DNA of 64,000 bases from Octopus sinensis (taxonomy: Eukaryota): the NCBI RefSeq assembly GCF_006345805.1, contig NW_021833065.1, forward strand, positions 434,001-498,000, written 5' to 3'. The notes under the pieces were generated by a model. That model was not told the origin of the DNA, did not search any database, and worked only from the letters and a program-made list of their open reading frames with translations. Shown here one piece after another: positions 51,086 through 64,000 of the stretch. The first letter of the stretch is position 1, and the number at the start of each line of letters is the position of its first letter. The position numbers and the translations under genes are program-made.

Positions 51086-53086
51086 TTATTACTATAATCG
51101 TATTGTATACTCTTGAAAATTTCATTTAAAAATATGAATTTTTAAGAAAGTTATGAGGAAACAAAATGAAGAGAGCACTGCTCATTGACTTTGTTTCCTC
51201 AAGGAAAAAAAAAAGTTTCATATTTTATCAAGATAATTATAATGCATCTCTGGAAAATTGCATTAAAAACTATGCATTTAACAAAGTTTAGTCGGGAAAT
51301 GATCCACCAAGAAAAATGTTTTTCTCAATTTTCCGTTCCCCAAAATCAGTCTACATTGTCTAAAATGTATCTTTGGAAACTTTTATTAAAAAATATGCAG
51401 TTTTAAGAAATTATGGGGAAACAAAGTCCAGGGGTGGGAACACACACTTCTGTAGTAATGCCATAGATAATATTGAGTATACCATATGGAATTTCTATGT
51501 ACTCATAGTAATTATGGTCATTTCCCTAATAGCAACAGATTCCTGTATTCTTTTACTAGAGCTCAATCTCTGCTAAGTTTACTCTGAGACTTCTTGATTC
51601 TAGGTTTTGTTTTCATGTCTGGAATTTCTTTAAATCTTTGTCTCTGCTATAACAAGCAACCAGTCTTAAAATTCTTAGTTATGGCTTAAATAAATAAATA
51701 AATAAGAGGATGGGAATCAAACCATAGACATCTATGTACATATTAAGTTCCTCACTGAACTCATTGCCAGTTCTCACTTTAACTGACTGCATCTCTGTAC
51801 ATAGCTTGCACTACTCTCACAAGCCATTAATCCACTATTTTCTTATTGACTACCAGATTTCAGATAAATAAATACTAGGTAGAGATGCTTACTCTTAGAG
51901 ACAAGCTGCTCTTGCAGTTGTCTTGCTCTGAAGTAAAGTTCGTTGTGTTTGCAAAATCTAGAGGAATATTATAGAGAAAATAATAATAAATGGCTGCTGT
52001 TGATTGGTTGAAAATTGTAGTGGTATGTGTGTCTAGCAAAGAGTTTGAAGGACTAAGCAACAATAATATTAATTTCAATGTTGAAGGTGATATACTACAA
52101 ATATAAGGCTCTTTTTCAAAAGGGAAGAGAATATAGGTGGAGTGAATTGTTCATAATATTATACTTGTTTTTACTTTATAAATCATGGAAAAATGAAAGG
52201 CAGAATTTGAACTCAGAATCTAGAAGATATAGAATAATATCAGGTATTTAGTTTTTTTATTTCTGCTAACTTACTATCCCACATAGTATGACATTGTTGC
52301 AAGTTGCGCAATTAACTGCAGTCAGCAGGTTCTTTAGAGCAGTTTGGAAAATTAAAGTGTGGAAGCATGACATGGAAAATTTAAACCAGTATAGTTGAAA
52401 TTGAAGAGGGAATGTTATTAGCAATTTTTTCACTATAATGAACTTATTGTATGGTGTTCAGGAGTAATACAACTCATCAGAAAAAGTAACCAAACCTCCA
52501 TGAACGGTGCATAGAATATGCACAGGAAGGGAACATTGAATAAGCTTACAAAAAAAAATAAAATAAATAAATTGATGAATAAATCAGGTAACACAGAAAA
52601 AATTGACAGTGTATTTGATTATTGTCCTAAAGCCTATTTTGTTTGCTTCTAGTTGAAGAGTGGACAACAGTGTGATCCCAAATTTTATCTCAAAATTATT
52701 GTTATTTATGTTATCTGCCTGGAAATGATGAGATATTTTGTCCAATAGTTCATTACCTTATTGATTTAAGAGCAATGATGTCTAAACATACAAAATAACA
52801 AAACTGAACAAGTTTTAAAACAAACCAAACATTGAAAAATAACTTTATTCCAATACAGAAATTACAAAAATCATAACTTGGTTTCCTTCTCATTTTCATA
52901 GCAAAGTAGTTTATTATAAAATACATTTTTCATCATTGGAAGAAAACTTTAGAAAAATTTTGAAAGGGAATGTGTTCAAAATAGTTTGATTAACATTTTT
53001 TGCCCTGATAATAGAATTTATGTGATAACATCTTTCTGCTGTTATCTATTCTTTAATTAGAGATAAAAGCATGCTATTGTTGAAAT

Positions 53087-53170
53087 CTATTCTTTAAGAA
53101 CAGGTGGAACATAGTCATCCTTCACAGCAGCAGTTAAAGATTCTGCATACAGGTCAAGACGCTGGGTCAT
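53087..53170 (-). CDS. UPB1: Beta-ureidopropionase terminal exon
   Basis: MTQRLDLYAESLTAAVKDDYVPPVLKE*; minus-strand AATAAA at 52844-52849. Confidence 0.92.
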   Translation of the reverse strand: MTQRLDLYAESLTAAVKDDYVPPVLKE

Positions 53171-53273
53171 CTATTAAAAAAAAAGAACATGTTATTTGAT
53201 TATCACATTGTTTACTATGTAGGTGGCTTTACATTACTTTTATATATTTCTTTGTGTAAATATATCAAATGAC

Positions 53274-53274
<1 letters not shown>

Positions 53275-53331
<57 letters not shown>

Positions 53332-53335
53332 AGGG
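53275..53335. repeat. (GA)n microsatellite
   Basis: Direct read. Confidence 0.95.
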
Positions 53336-53890
53336 AGCACTAATTACATTTTAAGGTATGATAATACATCATAGATATCAGTAAAACACACCTGCAAGGT
53401 ATCGTGTTTTTAAAAGTAAATAACAGATATTTATACAATTTTACTATGGTGTATAAGAGGCAGCTTAATTTAAAACAAATTAAGTAAGATGAAATAATTG
53501 GTTAGGTTTATGCTAATACTAAAATAAGCAACAAAAATTTCAACATAACTTAGTTATAATAATGTAAGTATTTTATAAATAAATATCCCCACCAATGCTA
53601 TCATGGAAGGCAAATGTTAAATGACAATGATGATGATATAGGTAGTAGAAATATATTTTAATACTTTTAAGGTATCAAAACATAAGATCATTGGGTTAAA
53701 AAGCAAAAACCTGGTAGAATGGATGATGTGTATAAAATTATAGTTCAGTCATAAAAGTTTTCTATTATACATAATTAAATGTCAAATCGGGAATCGATCA
53801 ATTAATAATACTAATGATGATATATGATATGTGAAAAAAAATGAGAGGTAAAATATATGGAAAGAAATTAAAAGCAAAAACTTAACTTAC

Positions 53891-53977
53891 TCGAAAACCC
53901 CAAATATCTTTTACTTGGCGGCAGAGATTAAGGTCTACTTCAGATATCAGCAAACCATCTCTGTTACGGCTAAGACC
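53891..53977 (-). CDS. UPB1: Beta-ureidopropionase exon
   Basis: [29 protein letters not shown]; cag / gtaagt. Confidence 0.95.
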
Positions 53978-54280
53978 CTGACATGGAAAAGAATGAATTG
54001 AATTAGATGAAAGAATTTAGTTCAATAAAAATACAAAGAGAAAGTGTTCTAATGTGAAGCCTTTCTTAATTGGATATGAATCAGCAATGAGATTTATCAG
54101 TTTGTTGAATTTGAAATATTTATGACTAAGAAATTTATTGACACTATACAATGAGTACATCACCATGCAACAGAGATGGATAATATGAATTTAATTATGC
54201 AATGGTTGATCAATGTTTGCATATTACTGTTGACAATGCAGATATTTAGTTATACCCTTCTCTGTTTGGAGTGCAAATAT

Positions 54281-54465
54281 CTATTTCTTTACTACCCACA
54301 AGGGGCTAAACACAGAGAGGACAAGGACAGACAAATGGATTAAGTCGACTATATCGACCCCAGTGCGTAACTGGTACTTATTTAATCGACCCCGAAAGGA
54401 TGAAAGGCAAAGTCGACCTTGGCAGAATTTGAAACGTGCTAACGTTTCTGCCAGCTCGTCGCCTT
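54281..54465 (-). mobile_element. SINE family A (internal deletion)
   Basis: Reverse complement of 39014-39247 lacking the post-A-box segment. Confidence 0.8.
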
Positions 54466-55154
54466 TATCATTAGGACTGACTTACTTTTACTGTAATGTA
54501 CTAAATAAGAATAAAATGTAAATAAATAGAATTGGTTCTTAGTTAAGCCATTACACATTACTTATTTCGATATCTATAATTTCATCAGCAGCCAGGGAAA
54601 CAAATGGGTCCTGGCAGGTTGACATGTTACATGAGAATATCATCTCTGGTGATGATCTAACAATTCCTGTCACAAGTCTACAGGCTCATTAAGCAATAGC
54701 ATATAAGTGGCTGAGAGTGCAACACTCCCCATTGTAGGGGACACCAGTCCATCATAGGGTTAACTTCCAGCTATTGCTGGTACTCATTTTCGGTTGAGTG
54801 AGCTGGAGTAACATGAAATGAAGTGTTTTGCTCAAGAATATAATGTGCTGCTTGGTCTGGGAATTGAAACCAAAACCATACAATTACGAATTCAACACCT
54901 TAACCACTAGGCCATTGAAACATCAGGTGATACAAAATAACTTCAATCTAATATTCAAATCAAATCTATCTGTCTTATACAGTGACCACTGTAAAACATT
55001 TTCCATAAACCTGCATTCACAAACAATAGCCGCATCAGATATTTTGGCCTTAAAGCAAGGTGCTATCCCTTTAAATAAAACAAATTTATATATTTTTCAT
55101 TCAGAACAAATTTCAGTAATCAAATAATCAAAAATTATAGCAAAAATGATTGGG

Positions 55155-56127
55155 CTGTACAGGCCCTATGCAGAGATGCCATTAGCAGGGTGAGGATTGG
55201 CAATGAGTATAGTGAAGAATACCGGGTAGAAGTAGGGGCCCACCAAGAATCAGCCCTCAGCCTCCTCTTATTCATCATAGTCCTCTAGGCAATAACAGGG
55301 GAATTCAAGACAGGTTGCCCCTGGGAACTCCTCTATGCTGATGATATGGCCCTCATAGCAGAATTACTACCAGAACTAAAGAAATTTCAGGTGTGGAAGC
55401 AAGGTTTAGAATCGAAGGGCCTTAAAGTCAACGTTGCAAAGACCAAAGTTCTAGTAAATAGGAAGGCAGACACATCATTGGTATGGTCATGTACTGCAGA
55501 TGGACAAGGAGAGCTGTATGAAGAAGTACTACTCTCAAACAGTAGAAGGAGTCCGGGGTAGAGGGAGACCCAGGAAGACATGAGATGAGGTGGTTAAGCA
55601 TAACTTTCAAACATTGGGCCTCATGGAGGCAATGACAAAACACCAAGACCTCTGGAGGTATGCTGTGCCTGAGAAGACACGGCAAATAAAGTGAGTTCAC
55701 AGATTTAACCTACACCAGTGTTGCATAACCAGCCCACTCAAAAGTGCCTTGGACCACAGGGCCAGCAAATAAAGTGAGTCCACAGCTGCAACCTACACCA
55801 ATGTCGCATAACCAACCCACTCAAAAGTACCTTGGATCGTAGGGTGACATGCCATGCTTGAGGAGACTGATTGAGTCAAGTACATCAACATCAGCAATAT
55901 CAAAATCAAATCAAATGGAAATTGTAGTTGTGAACCCTGCGCTGGTAGCATGTAAAAAGCACCCACTACACATTCAGAGTGGTTGGCATTAGGAAGGGCA
56001 TCCAGCTATAGAAACACTGCCAGATCAGATTGGGGCCTGGTGCAGCCTTCTGACTTCCCAGACCCCAGTCGAACCGTCCAACCCATGCCAGCATGGAAAA
56101 CAGATGTTAAACAATGATGATGATGAT
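55155..56127 (+). mobile_element. RTE LINE 3' part with internal deletion
   Basis: ELLYADDMAL..WKQGLESKGLKVNVAKTK; GRGRPRKT; (gat)n tail. Confidence 0.85.
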
Positions 56128-56227
56128 ATTTTTATACAATGATTATAGTGTCAAATACAGTCTATCTCGTTAATTTATTAACAGACTGATTATTATCTGT
56201 CATCAATAGCAATCAAATATAACTTAC

Positions 56228-56268
56228 TGGAGTTCGGCTTCCATCAGGAGCTGCAATATAACTAGATC
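56228..56268 (-). CDS. UPB1: Beta-ureidopropionase exon (41 nt)
   Basis: GSSYIAAPDGSRTP; ttttcag / gtaagt. Confidence 0.93.
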
Positions 56269-56860
56269 CTGAAAAAAAAAAATGCATATAAAACTTTTAT
56301 TTCTTTAAGCAATAACAGTAGAAAAAGTATTATCCATGGGTGAACTTTTGCTGAATAGAGACAAAGATCATAATATTCTTCTTAGCACATATACATACTC
56401 AATTTGAGACATATTATAGTAAATGTCTCAACTTAAAATTTTGTGTATGTATACAGACATACAATATGCTTCTCTTTATTTTTCAGATGATATTATGGAA
56501 GTATTCAGTATATCCTAGTAATGAAAATGTTTAGAGACTGGTGTATGTTTGCTGTAACTAGCATTCCAAACACATACTTAAGCGGTTCTATACAGCCATA
56601 CTGAAACAGAATAATAAATGAGCCATATTTACCCTATATTCCGAGGGTTAATCATTCATTAATGAAAATATCAGATTAATGTTAAGAAATGAAATAATTG
56701 ATCAGTACATTTCCCGAGATAAATACACACTGAAAAATATATGGATATAAATCTTTTGTTTTATCTGTATGTTTCACTTATTTCCCATTTTATGACAAAA
56801 AGCGTTCTATATTTTTAGTATTCTTTTAAACACTAAACTTGTGTTGAAATAATAACTTAC

Positions 56861-56887
56861 CATAAAAGTGCCCAAAATCCTTATGTG
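56861..56887 (-). CDS. UPB1: Beta-ureidopropionase microexon (27 nt)
   Basis: AHKDFGHFY(G); ttttcag / gtaagt; fills the conserved gap exactly. Confidence 0.92.
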
Positions 56888-56924
56888 CTGAAAAAGACAA
56901 AAATGAGTAATAGACAAAATTACA

Positions 56925-57150
56925 ACGAATTTAACGTCTGCTTTCCATGCTAGCATGGATTGGATGATTGACTGAGGGCTAGCGAACCAGATGACTGCAC
57001 CAGGCTTCAATCTTGATCTGGCAGAGTTTCTACAGCTGGATGCCCTTCCTAACACCAACCACTCCGAGAGTGTAGTGGGTGCTTTTACGTGCCACCGGCA
57101 CGGGGCCAGTCAGGCGGTACTGGCAACGACCTCACTTGAATCTTTAACAC
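56925..57150 (-). mobile_element. RTE tail copy
   Basis: tttaacgtctgctttccatgctagcatgg...ctggatgcccttcctaac. Confidence 0.8.
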
Positions 57151-57947
57151 ATGCCATTAACTTTTACTTTTTCCATGCAGTTGATATTCATTACTAAGAT
57201 TGTAACTAATATTGATTTCATAATTAATTAATACTGGTTTCAATTTTTGGAATAAGGCCAGCAAGTCCGGGTAGGGGCGGTTGATCAATTATATTGATCC
57301 TAGCACTCAACAAGTACTTATGTTATTGATCCTGAAAGGAAGGAAGGCAAAGTCAACCGTGGTAGATTTGAACTCAGGATGTAAAGAGAGACAAAATGCT
57401 GCAAAATATTTTATCCAGTATGCTGATGGTTCTGCCAGCTTGCCACCTTATATTAATTTCATAATTATTAATATTGATTTCAAATATAGGCATAAGGCCA
57501 GAAAATAGGCAGAGATAGATTAATTCAAGTACTTATTTTGAAGACCCAGCAATGTTGAAAGGTGAAGTCAACATCAGCGAGATTTGAATACGAGTAAAGT
57601 GAAAGTCAAATACTACAAGGCATTCTGTCCAATACTCTATTGACAGCCATTTACTACACCACCAAGTCGCACAAGCATGGAGAAACAGACATAAAATAAC
57701 GATGATGATAACTATAAAAAAACAATAAAGACCAATAAATAATTTAGAAATCCACAGTGATTTTTCATTAAAGTTTTAATTTCAATTGATTTAGATTTTC
57801 CACTCATTATATTAACTAGTCATTCATTATGCAAAAGGTACCTATGTGTAATTTTTCCAAGATCATTATTTAAATTAAACCCTCTCGGGAGAATTTTAGG
57901 AAAAGAGAACTAATGATAAAGATAAACAGAGGGGAAGAAAATGAGTT

Positions 57948-57984
<37 letters not shown>

Positions 57985-58174
57985 TGAGGAATGATGAAGT
58001 TCTACAAATGAGATAGAAAGAGAAATTTATGGGTTTGATATGGACAGTGATAAGGTTAGAATAAAATAGAAGACTATTATTCTAATATAACAGCAAACCA
58101 CATGAAAGAGAAATGATAAGGATTTCTAATATATATATAAGGCTATGTAAACTGGAGTGAAAATAAGAAAGATA

Positions 58175-58710
58175 ATCAAAATCAATTCGATGACTGGCAT
58201 CCGTGCTAGTGGGATGCAAAGAGCACCATACGAGTGTGATCGTTGACAGAGCGGCTAACCGGCTTCCATGCCAGTGGCACATAAAAGGGCACCATTCGAG
58301 TATGATCGTTACTAGTGTCACCTTACTGGCACTTGTGCCTGTGCTAGTAGGGTGCCAAGGGCACCTTCCAAGCGTGATCGTTGCCAGAGCAGCCAACTGG
58401 CTTCTGTACCCGTGGCACGTAAAAGGGCACCATTTGAGCATGATCGTTACCAATGTTGCTTCACTGGCACGTGTAAGAAGATTCGAGCAAGGTCATTGCC
58501 AGTACCGCCTGACTGGCCCTCGTGCTGGTGGCATGTAAAAAGCACCCACTACACTCTTGGAGTGTATCCAGCTGAAGGGCATCCAGCTGTAGAAACTCTG
58601 CCAGATCAAGATTGGAGCCTGGTGCAGCCATCTGGTTCACCAGCCCCCAGTCAAAATCGTCCAACCCATGCTAGCTTGGAAAGCGGATATTAAACGATGA
58701 TGATGATGAT
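58175..58710 (+). mobile_element. RTE 3' UTR copy with repeat array
   Basis: Same units as 46065-46546; (gat)n tail. Confidence 0.85.
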
Positions 58711-59496
58711 GTATAGTCAATTATAGACTAACACTATTCTAGATTGTACCTAATTCATACATGTACACAGACAAAGATAAACATAACTAAACATCATATT
58801 TTGTCCAGTTCCCAACTGATTCAACCATCCACTTCTCTTTAATAATCAATATAACAATAGTTGTTGGGACCATTGCCAGTGTTGCAGATATCCATTTTCA
58901 TCCTAGCATGGGTTAGAATAGATCTACAATGTAACAGCTCATTATATGATTTAATCTCATGTCATCTTACAATGCCTAATGTTTGCAGCTGGGATTCAAC
59001 TCCTTGAGTAATTTGAAGGTTATTTCTATCATAGATATCTTCTTTTATTACTTCAAAGAACTTTGTCAATCATTATATAGTATTCATTCACATTACATAT
59101 TTATACTAACAGTTATCTCTCTTGCTTATATCTATTGCTGCCTCTGTTGGCCAAATGCTTTTCGAATGACTTGTGTCCAGCATTTCTCCTGAATTAAAAT
59201 TGCAGATCCAATTGAAGAAAATATGCACAATTCTTACAACAGCTGGTTCTTACTCAAATAGTACCGAGGAACTGGGAGTGGCTTAATTTCTTTAAGTATT
59301 CAATATCTCAATTAATTAGCTTTTTTTTTACTGACTGTGTTCAAATGCAAGAAATTGATCCGAAGTACAATGCAGAACTATGGTTCGTCTGTTAATTTGT
59401 TCAATCAATTAATCAATCTAACATCATCTATTAGTATCTGTTCTCCATGCTGGCACGAGTTGGCTATTGAAGTGAAATGCTTAAGATATTAAATAC

Positions 59497-59539
59497 CTGG
59501 TTTGTGATCTCCTGATGTAAATTCATTTGGAAAGGTCTC
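59497..59539 (-). CDS. UPB1: Beta-ureidopropionase exon (43 nt)
   Basis: ETFPNEFTSGDHKP; ttgtag / gtattt. Confidence 0.93.
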
Positions 59540-60260
59540 CTACAAAACAAATAGAGAAATAGAAGTATATAGTAATTAAGTATTTTATGATATTGGAAAA
59601 CTGATCTATTAAAAAACACTTAAGATGCAAGGCTATGAAGTAATTGCTCTGGACTACTGGTCACATGACCATAAGTTTTCAAACTTACTTCAGACTTCAG
59701 CCAATATTGTGTCCCTAAACAAGGTGTAAACGACCGTGCTGGCACAGGTTAAATGAATATACACATGTGTGTGTGTGTGAATGTTGCTATTTCAGGGTTT
59801 TGCTTGCTGCCATCTAAGTGAAATAGTGATGTGATGTTTATATTCCTTGATATTGCCCTACAATATCAAAGGCAAGCAGAATATACAAAGTCCTTTACTT
59901 GAAAAATATCAAGGATTGCTGACACAAAAGACATCTGACCATAAAATGCTCCCTCAAATAGTCCCCCATTCAATCCATGGCAGCCTAGAATAGACATTAA
60001 ATGAACAAATATATAAGATGTTGTTCTACTGCATGCAGCATCTCCACATGATCTGGTTCCTATTCCTAACAGCTATGAGAAGTGAGGGATTTCGAATTAT
60101 CCAAATACACAGCAAAGTGTTTGGAATGAATAAGAAGTCAAAAAGTATTTGAACAATCTAACTGTAGCATCTGAGGCAAAAATATAGCAACTTTACTTAA
60201 ATAAACAATTGAGAGAATTAAAGTTATGACGCACTGAAAAAAAAAATAGTTCACACTTAC

Positions 60261-60342
60261 TGTTCCAACTCGGTTAACAGCACAAGTAAAATAACTGTTT
60301 GCTATGGCTGCATTTCGAGCTTCAATAGGCCACAATGGTTCA
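60261..60342 (-). CDS. UPB1: Beta-ureidopropionase exon
   Basis: [28 protein letters not shown]; ttgtag / gtaagt. Confidence 0.95.
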
Positions 60343-60611
60343 CTACAATTGAAAAATTAAAATAAAATAAAAGGAAATACAATATAATGTATGAGCGTGA
60401 TAATCTAGAAGAGCGGTAACTCTGAATGAGAACTAAAATGGTGATGACTCATTCAAAAGCATCCCAATATGGAAAAGCAAACATACAAAAATGAAATGAT
60501 GATGACTTTGAACAGTTATTTTTATTCATCTTAAAGAAGTTAGTTTTCATTACTTCTATAGCTTTTCTTGCATTTGGGAAGATCAAAATATTTAGATGAA
60601 GTTTGTGCAGT

Positions 60612-61000
60612 TAATCATCTTACAAACAATAACTCTGAGCACCTTTTCAAACTTCACCTGTCTAACACCCGTGAACATGTTTACAAAGTCAGAAAACAGC
60701 ACAGCTCCCATGACTTTCAGAAACATTTTTTCACGCTGAGAGTTGCTGAAGCATGGAACAAACTGCCGGCATCAGTTGTTAGTTGTCGGAGCACAGCATC
60801 CTTCAAAACTTCCATGCTTTCTGAGATTTGCCAACACTACACCTGATTTTCTCCCCTCCATACACACGCAAGCATGTATCTGACTCATACACTGTTCACT
60901 TCCCAGACATTTGTACATTACTGCATATGCTTTATACGCACTTTTGACAAGTTGTGGTGCACCTGAGCACTGTATACAATAATTTCATTATTATTATTAT
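60612..61000 (+). mobile_element. CR1-type LINE 3' end
   Basis: TREHVYKV..KHFFTLRVAEAWNKLP..SFK; (att)n tail. Confidence 0.85.
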
Positions 61001-61937
61001 AATGTTAAATTTGACTTGTAAGATAATATCTAAAGTAAAGACAAACACGAGGGTGTCCAATATTTCAAGAATATATGGACAGGGTTAGATGATTTTCTAA
61101 TGGATACATTTAAGTGTAATGTTTAAAAAAAAAAAAGTACTAATGCAAATTATATATTTTAAATAAAAATGTTAATAAACTCAACAGTACCATAAATACT
61201 CTCAGGTTTTGACTAAAGAAAGAAGACAGCATCAAAGCATTAGTGTTAAAGTCGGCATATTTAATGCAGTAAACTAACAAGAAATAATTATTTGGTGAGG
61301 AAAAAAAACAAAAACAAAACTCCAAAACAATATAAGTTAATGGCTAATATTTCGTTTTTAGATTTGCTTTGCAAGATTCTTTATATGAGTTCATGTGTTG
61401 AATGGCTATTTTGGCAAATATGGGGAAACTCTGGAGAAGTTTCAGTTTTTAAACAATATCCAGTCATGGGGCCACTGGTTCAGAAATACTAGCCACTCTC
61501 TTAGACACTATTATTCCTAAGTCTACTCTGACTCAGTGTAGTAGCATCTTTTAGGGTCCCAGCTATGGGTTAAATAGCATGTAACCACCCAAGACAAGGT
61601 ACACTGAAATCATGGATGCAGCATGATGGATTTGAACTATTTCAACAAATGAATTTTACTGAATCAGTAGTGAATATCACTACATGTTGAGTGGATAAGC
61701 AGACAACAAATTGTCAAAAGCCAGGATCGACTGGTTCAGTTAGAGAACTACTGCTAACATTTGTAGTTGTGACATGTGCAGATGAAATATTTCAGCTAGT
61801 GGAAAACCAATGTGACTAAAACCCAAGCCAGACGTTCATACCACACTATTCAATTGGGATATCTGATGTGGAGGAGTTGCATTGGTCCAGGTAATTGCCC
61901 ATTGAAGATGAGGATAACCTATCTGCAAAGCTTAGAG

Positions 61938-62151
61938 TTCCTTTCTTCTATAGGCACAAGGCCTAAAATTTTGGGGGAGGGGCCAGTCAATTGCATCGAC
62001 CTCAGTACTCAACAGGTACTTATTTCATCGACCCCGAAAGGATGAAGGGCAAAGTCAACCCTGGCGGATTTTGAACTCAGAATTTAGTGACAGGCGAAAT
62101 ACTGCTAAGCATTCCGTCCAGCATGCTAACAGCTTTGCCAGCTTGCAGCCT
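61938..62151 (-). mobile_element. SINE family A
   Basis: Matches 18357-18571. Confidence 0.8.
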
Positions 62152-62353
62152 TAGCAAAGTTATCTCTCATATTTACCAGAGTAATAAAAACATTAGCCAT
62201 TGATCAATAATTTGTTTGCATCACTGCCTAATTATTTTTAGCTGGCTTTTTAATGATCCCTGTGTTGAATATATTACTCCTAACTTAATGATTGTTTTTC
62301 TTACAGAATTGTTTCTCTCAGTAAAAAATAACAATAACTATATATGACATTAA

Positions 62354-62553
62354 CCCTTTCGTTACTGTATTTATTTTGAGATGCTCTGTATTTCTTTCAA
62401 TTACTTTAAATATAACAAAGAATTTAGTAAAATAACTGAGTTATCATTCAGCTAATGTTAGGAACATAAATTGTGACTAAGGTTTGGTGGAAGATTTTAA
62501 TTCAAAACTTATGAAAACAAGACATTTGTACTCAGAGCCAGGTAATGAAAGGG
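62354..62553. mobile_element. piggyBac-type MITE (200 bp)
   Basis: TTAA|ccctttcgttac ... gtaatgaaaggg|TTAA. Confidence 0.8.
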
Positions 62554-62621
62554 TTAAGGAGATGATATAGAAAAGCAAAAATTGTATTTATTACTGAGAA
62601 AGTCAACAAATAAAAACTCAC

Positions 62622-62736
62622 CTCAGTGATCCAACTGTGGCAGATGGATTAAAAACTATTTCAGCTCCATTTACACCATACATCATCCAATTCTGAGGGT
62701 GGTGGCGACCATAGCAAATATTCACAGCAATTTTAC
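62622..62736 (-). CDS. UPB1: Beta-ureidopropionase exon with catalytic Cys (upstream exons not found in this window)
   Basis: [38 protein letters not shown]; ICYGRHHP is the UPB1 nitrilase-family signature. Confidence 0.96.
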
Positions 62737-64000
62737 CTTACAATCCCAAAACAAAAAAAGGCTATAAATATTATATTTATAGTGGTATGATAAAATACAA
62801 TGAGACTACAATGTAAAGCAGTAGCTGATAGGAGTGGCATTCAACCATAAAACCATGCAATAAAGAAACATGATACATAACAACTTGGTGGACTACACCA
62901 GGTAGGAAGACTTGCCTAACAGATACCAGGGGCAAAATGTTGATATATGAAGGACAGAGGTTTATCACAGTTTTGTAGTAGCAGATCACAGGGGAGGTAC
63001 TAGAAATATGCTTTGAAGTAGTATATGTAAGGCAAATAAAAAAATATCTCACTTGTCAATGTTACAATGTTCCCGCTGCGTCCATTACAATATGAACAGT
63101 ACAAAATAGATCTTAGCAGGATTTATACCTAATGCCAACCACTTCCACTATGAAATAGAAGTGCTATATATTTTTAGATGGGTTGATTTAAGATAACGAG
63201 CTGTTTTACCTATGAATAAAGCATAATGCTACTTGCAAAGTATAAAGGGCTTTGAACCTATAGTAGGTGAAGGTCACTTTTCACATTATTTTAAGGCAGT
63301 GCTGGTAAGCTAAATAGATAGGGCTCACAGTAGGAATGGAGCTAGCTGTGAACCATGTAACTAGTTTCTTTTGTAGTCAATTTGATATTTATTATAGAAA
63401 CTTATGAGAGGTGGACAGCATTCAAACTAGTTACAATACAGATTGTAAAAACATAAAAATTGATTGCTCTAGTTTAAAACTAGGAAAAACAAACAGAATC
63501 TATATTGATAAACCCATCACTTATAACTTAATTATAAGTGTTATCTCTATACATAAGTCCCAACTCAAGCTACATAAAAGCCGTAGTGAAATATATATAT
63601 ATATATAACAAGACGCTTAACGGACATGTAGAATATGCATGTGTGTTGAAGCTAAGTTTGTGTTCTTTTTTACCGCCATAAAAACCATTTCATAATTGCA
63701 GAAATAAAAGTGAAAGAAGTGAAGAAAAAGAAAATATTTAATACATTGGTATATTTATGTACATTTAATATTTACAGTACATTTAGAAGTAAGGCAATTT
63801 GTCATAGAGAGTCACGACCAACGAACACTAGCATAAGTGTCGTGAAGTCTAGTGATAACCAAAAATCACTAGTGTGAGTGTGGCGGAGTTTAGTAAAAAC
63901 CAACGATCACTGATTAATTTCCCCAAAATCAGAGTTTTTTTAACTGCTCATACCTGAATTCTAAGAACCATATTTCGTGAAAGAATTCTCTTTGACAAAA

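Noticed and set aside
63954-64000. Minus-strand CAG|gtatga donor as the next UPB1 exon
   Set aside because: No frame encodes the expected GHPVF.T.F segment, and it does not supply a matching junction

Overview
AT-rich, intron-rich animal genomic DNA. The repeat families (tRNA-headed SINEs, RTE LINEs with (ATG)n tails, CR1 tails, piggyBac-type MITEs) point to an Octopus/coleoid cephalopod; this is an inference. I assembled three spliced genes by hand from GT-AG junctions with consistent phases. (1) Plus strand, 6 exons, 9476-21996: a 286-aa lysine-rich protein of unknown family. (2) Minus strand, 9 exons, 45482-24216: a 529-aa XNDC1N-like protein with an XRCC1-N-type domain, a possible DEK-C-like helical unit and a C-terminal UBZ4-type zinc finger. 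(3) Minus strand, 62736-53087: the last 7 coding exons of beta-ureidopropionase (UPB1). The most striking structure lies in intron 4 of the XNDC1N-like gene. It is a ~7.2-kb Penelope-like retroelement (RT plus C-terminal GIY-YIG, Hydra-type signatures) flanked by near-identical ~1.75-kb inverted arms. Each arm carries a minimal type-I hammerhead ribozyme, so the host pre-mRNA contains both a ribozyme and its antisense copy. The window also holds a Gypsy relic, a solo LTR inserted in a Hero LINE, a Merlin-like MITE, piggyBac-type MITEs, two foldback palindromes and many SINE/RTE/CR1 copies. All alignments were done by eye; no databases were searched.
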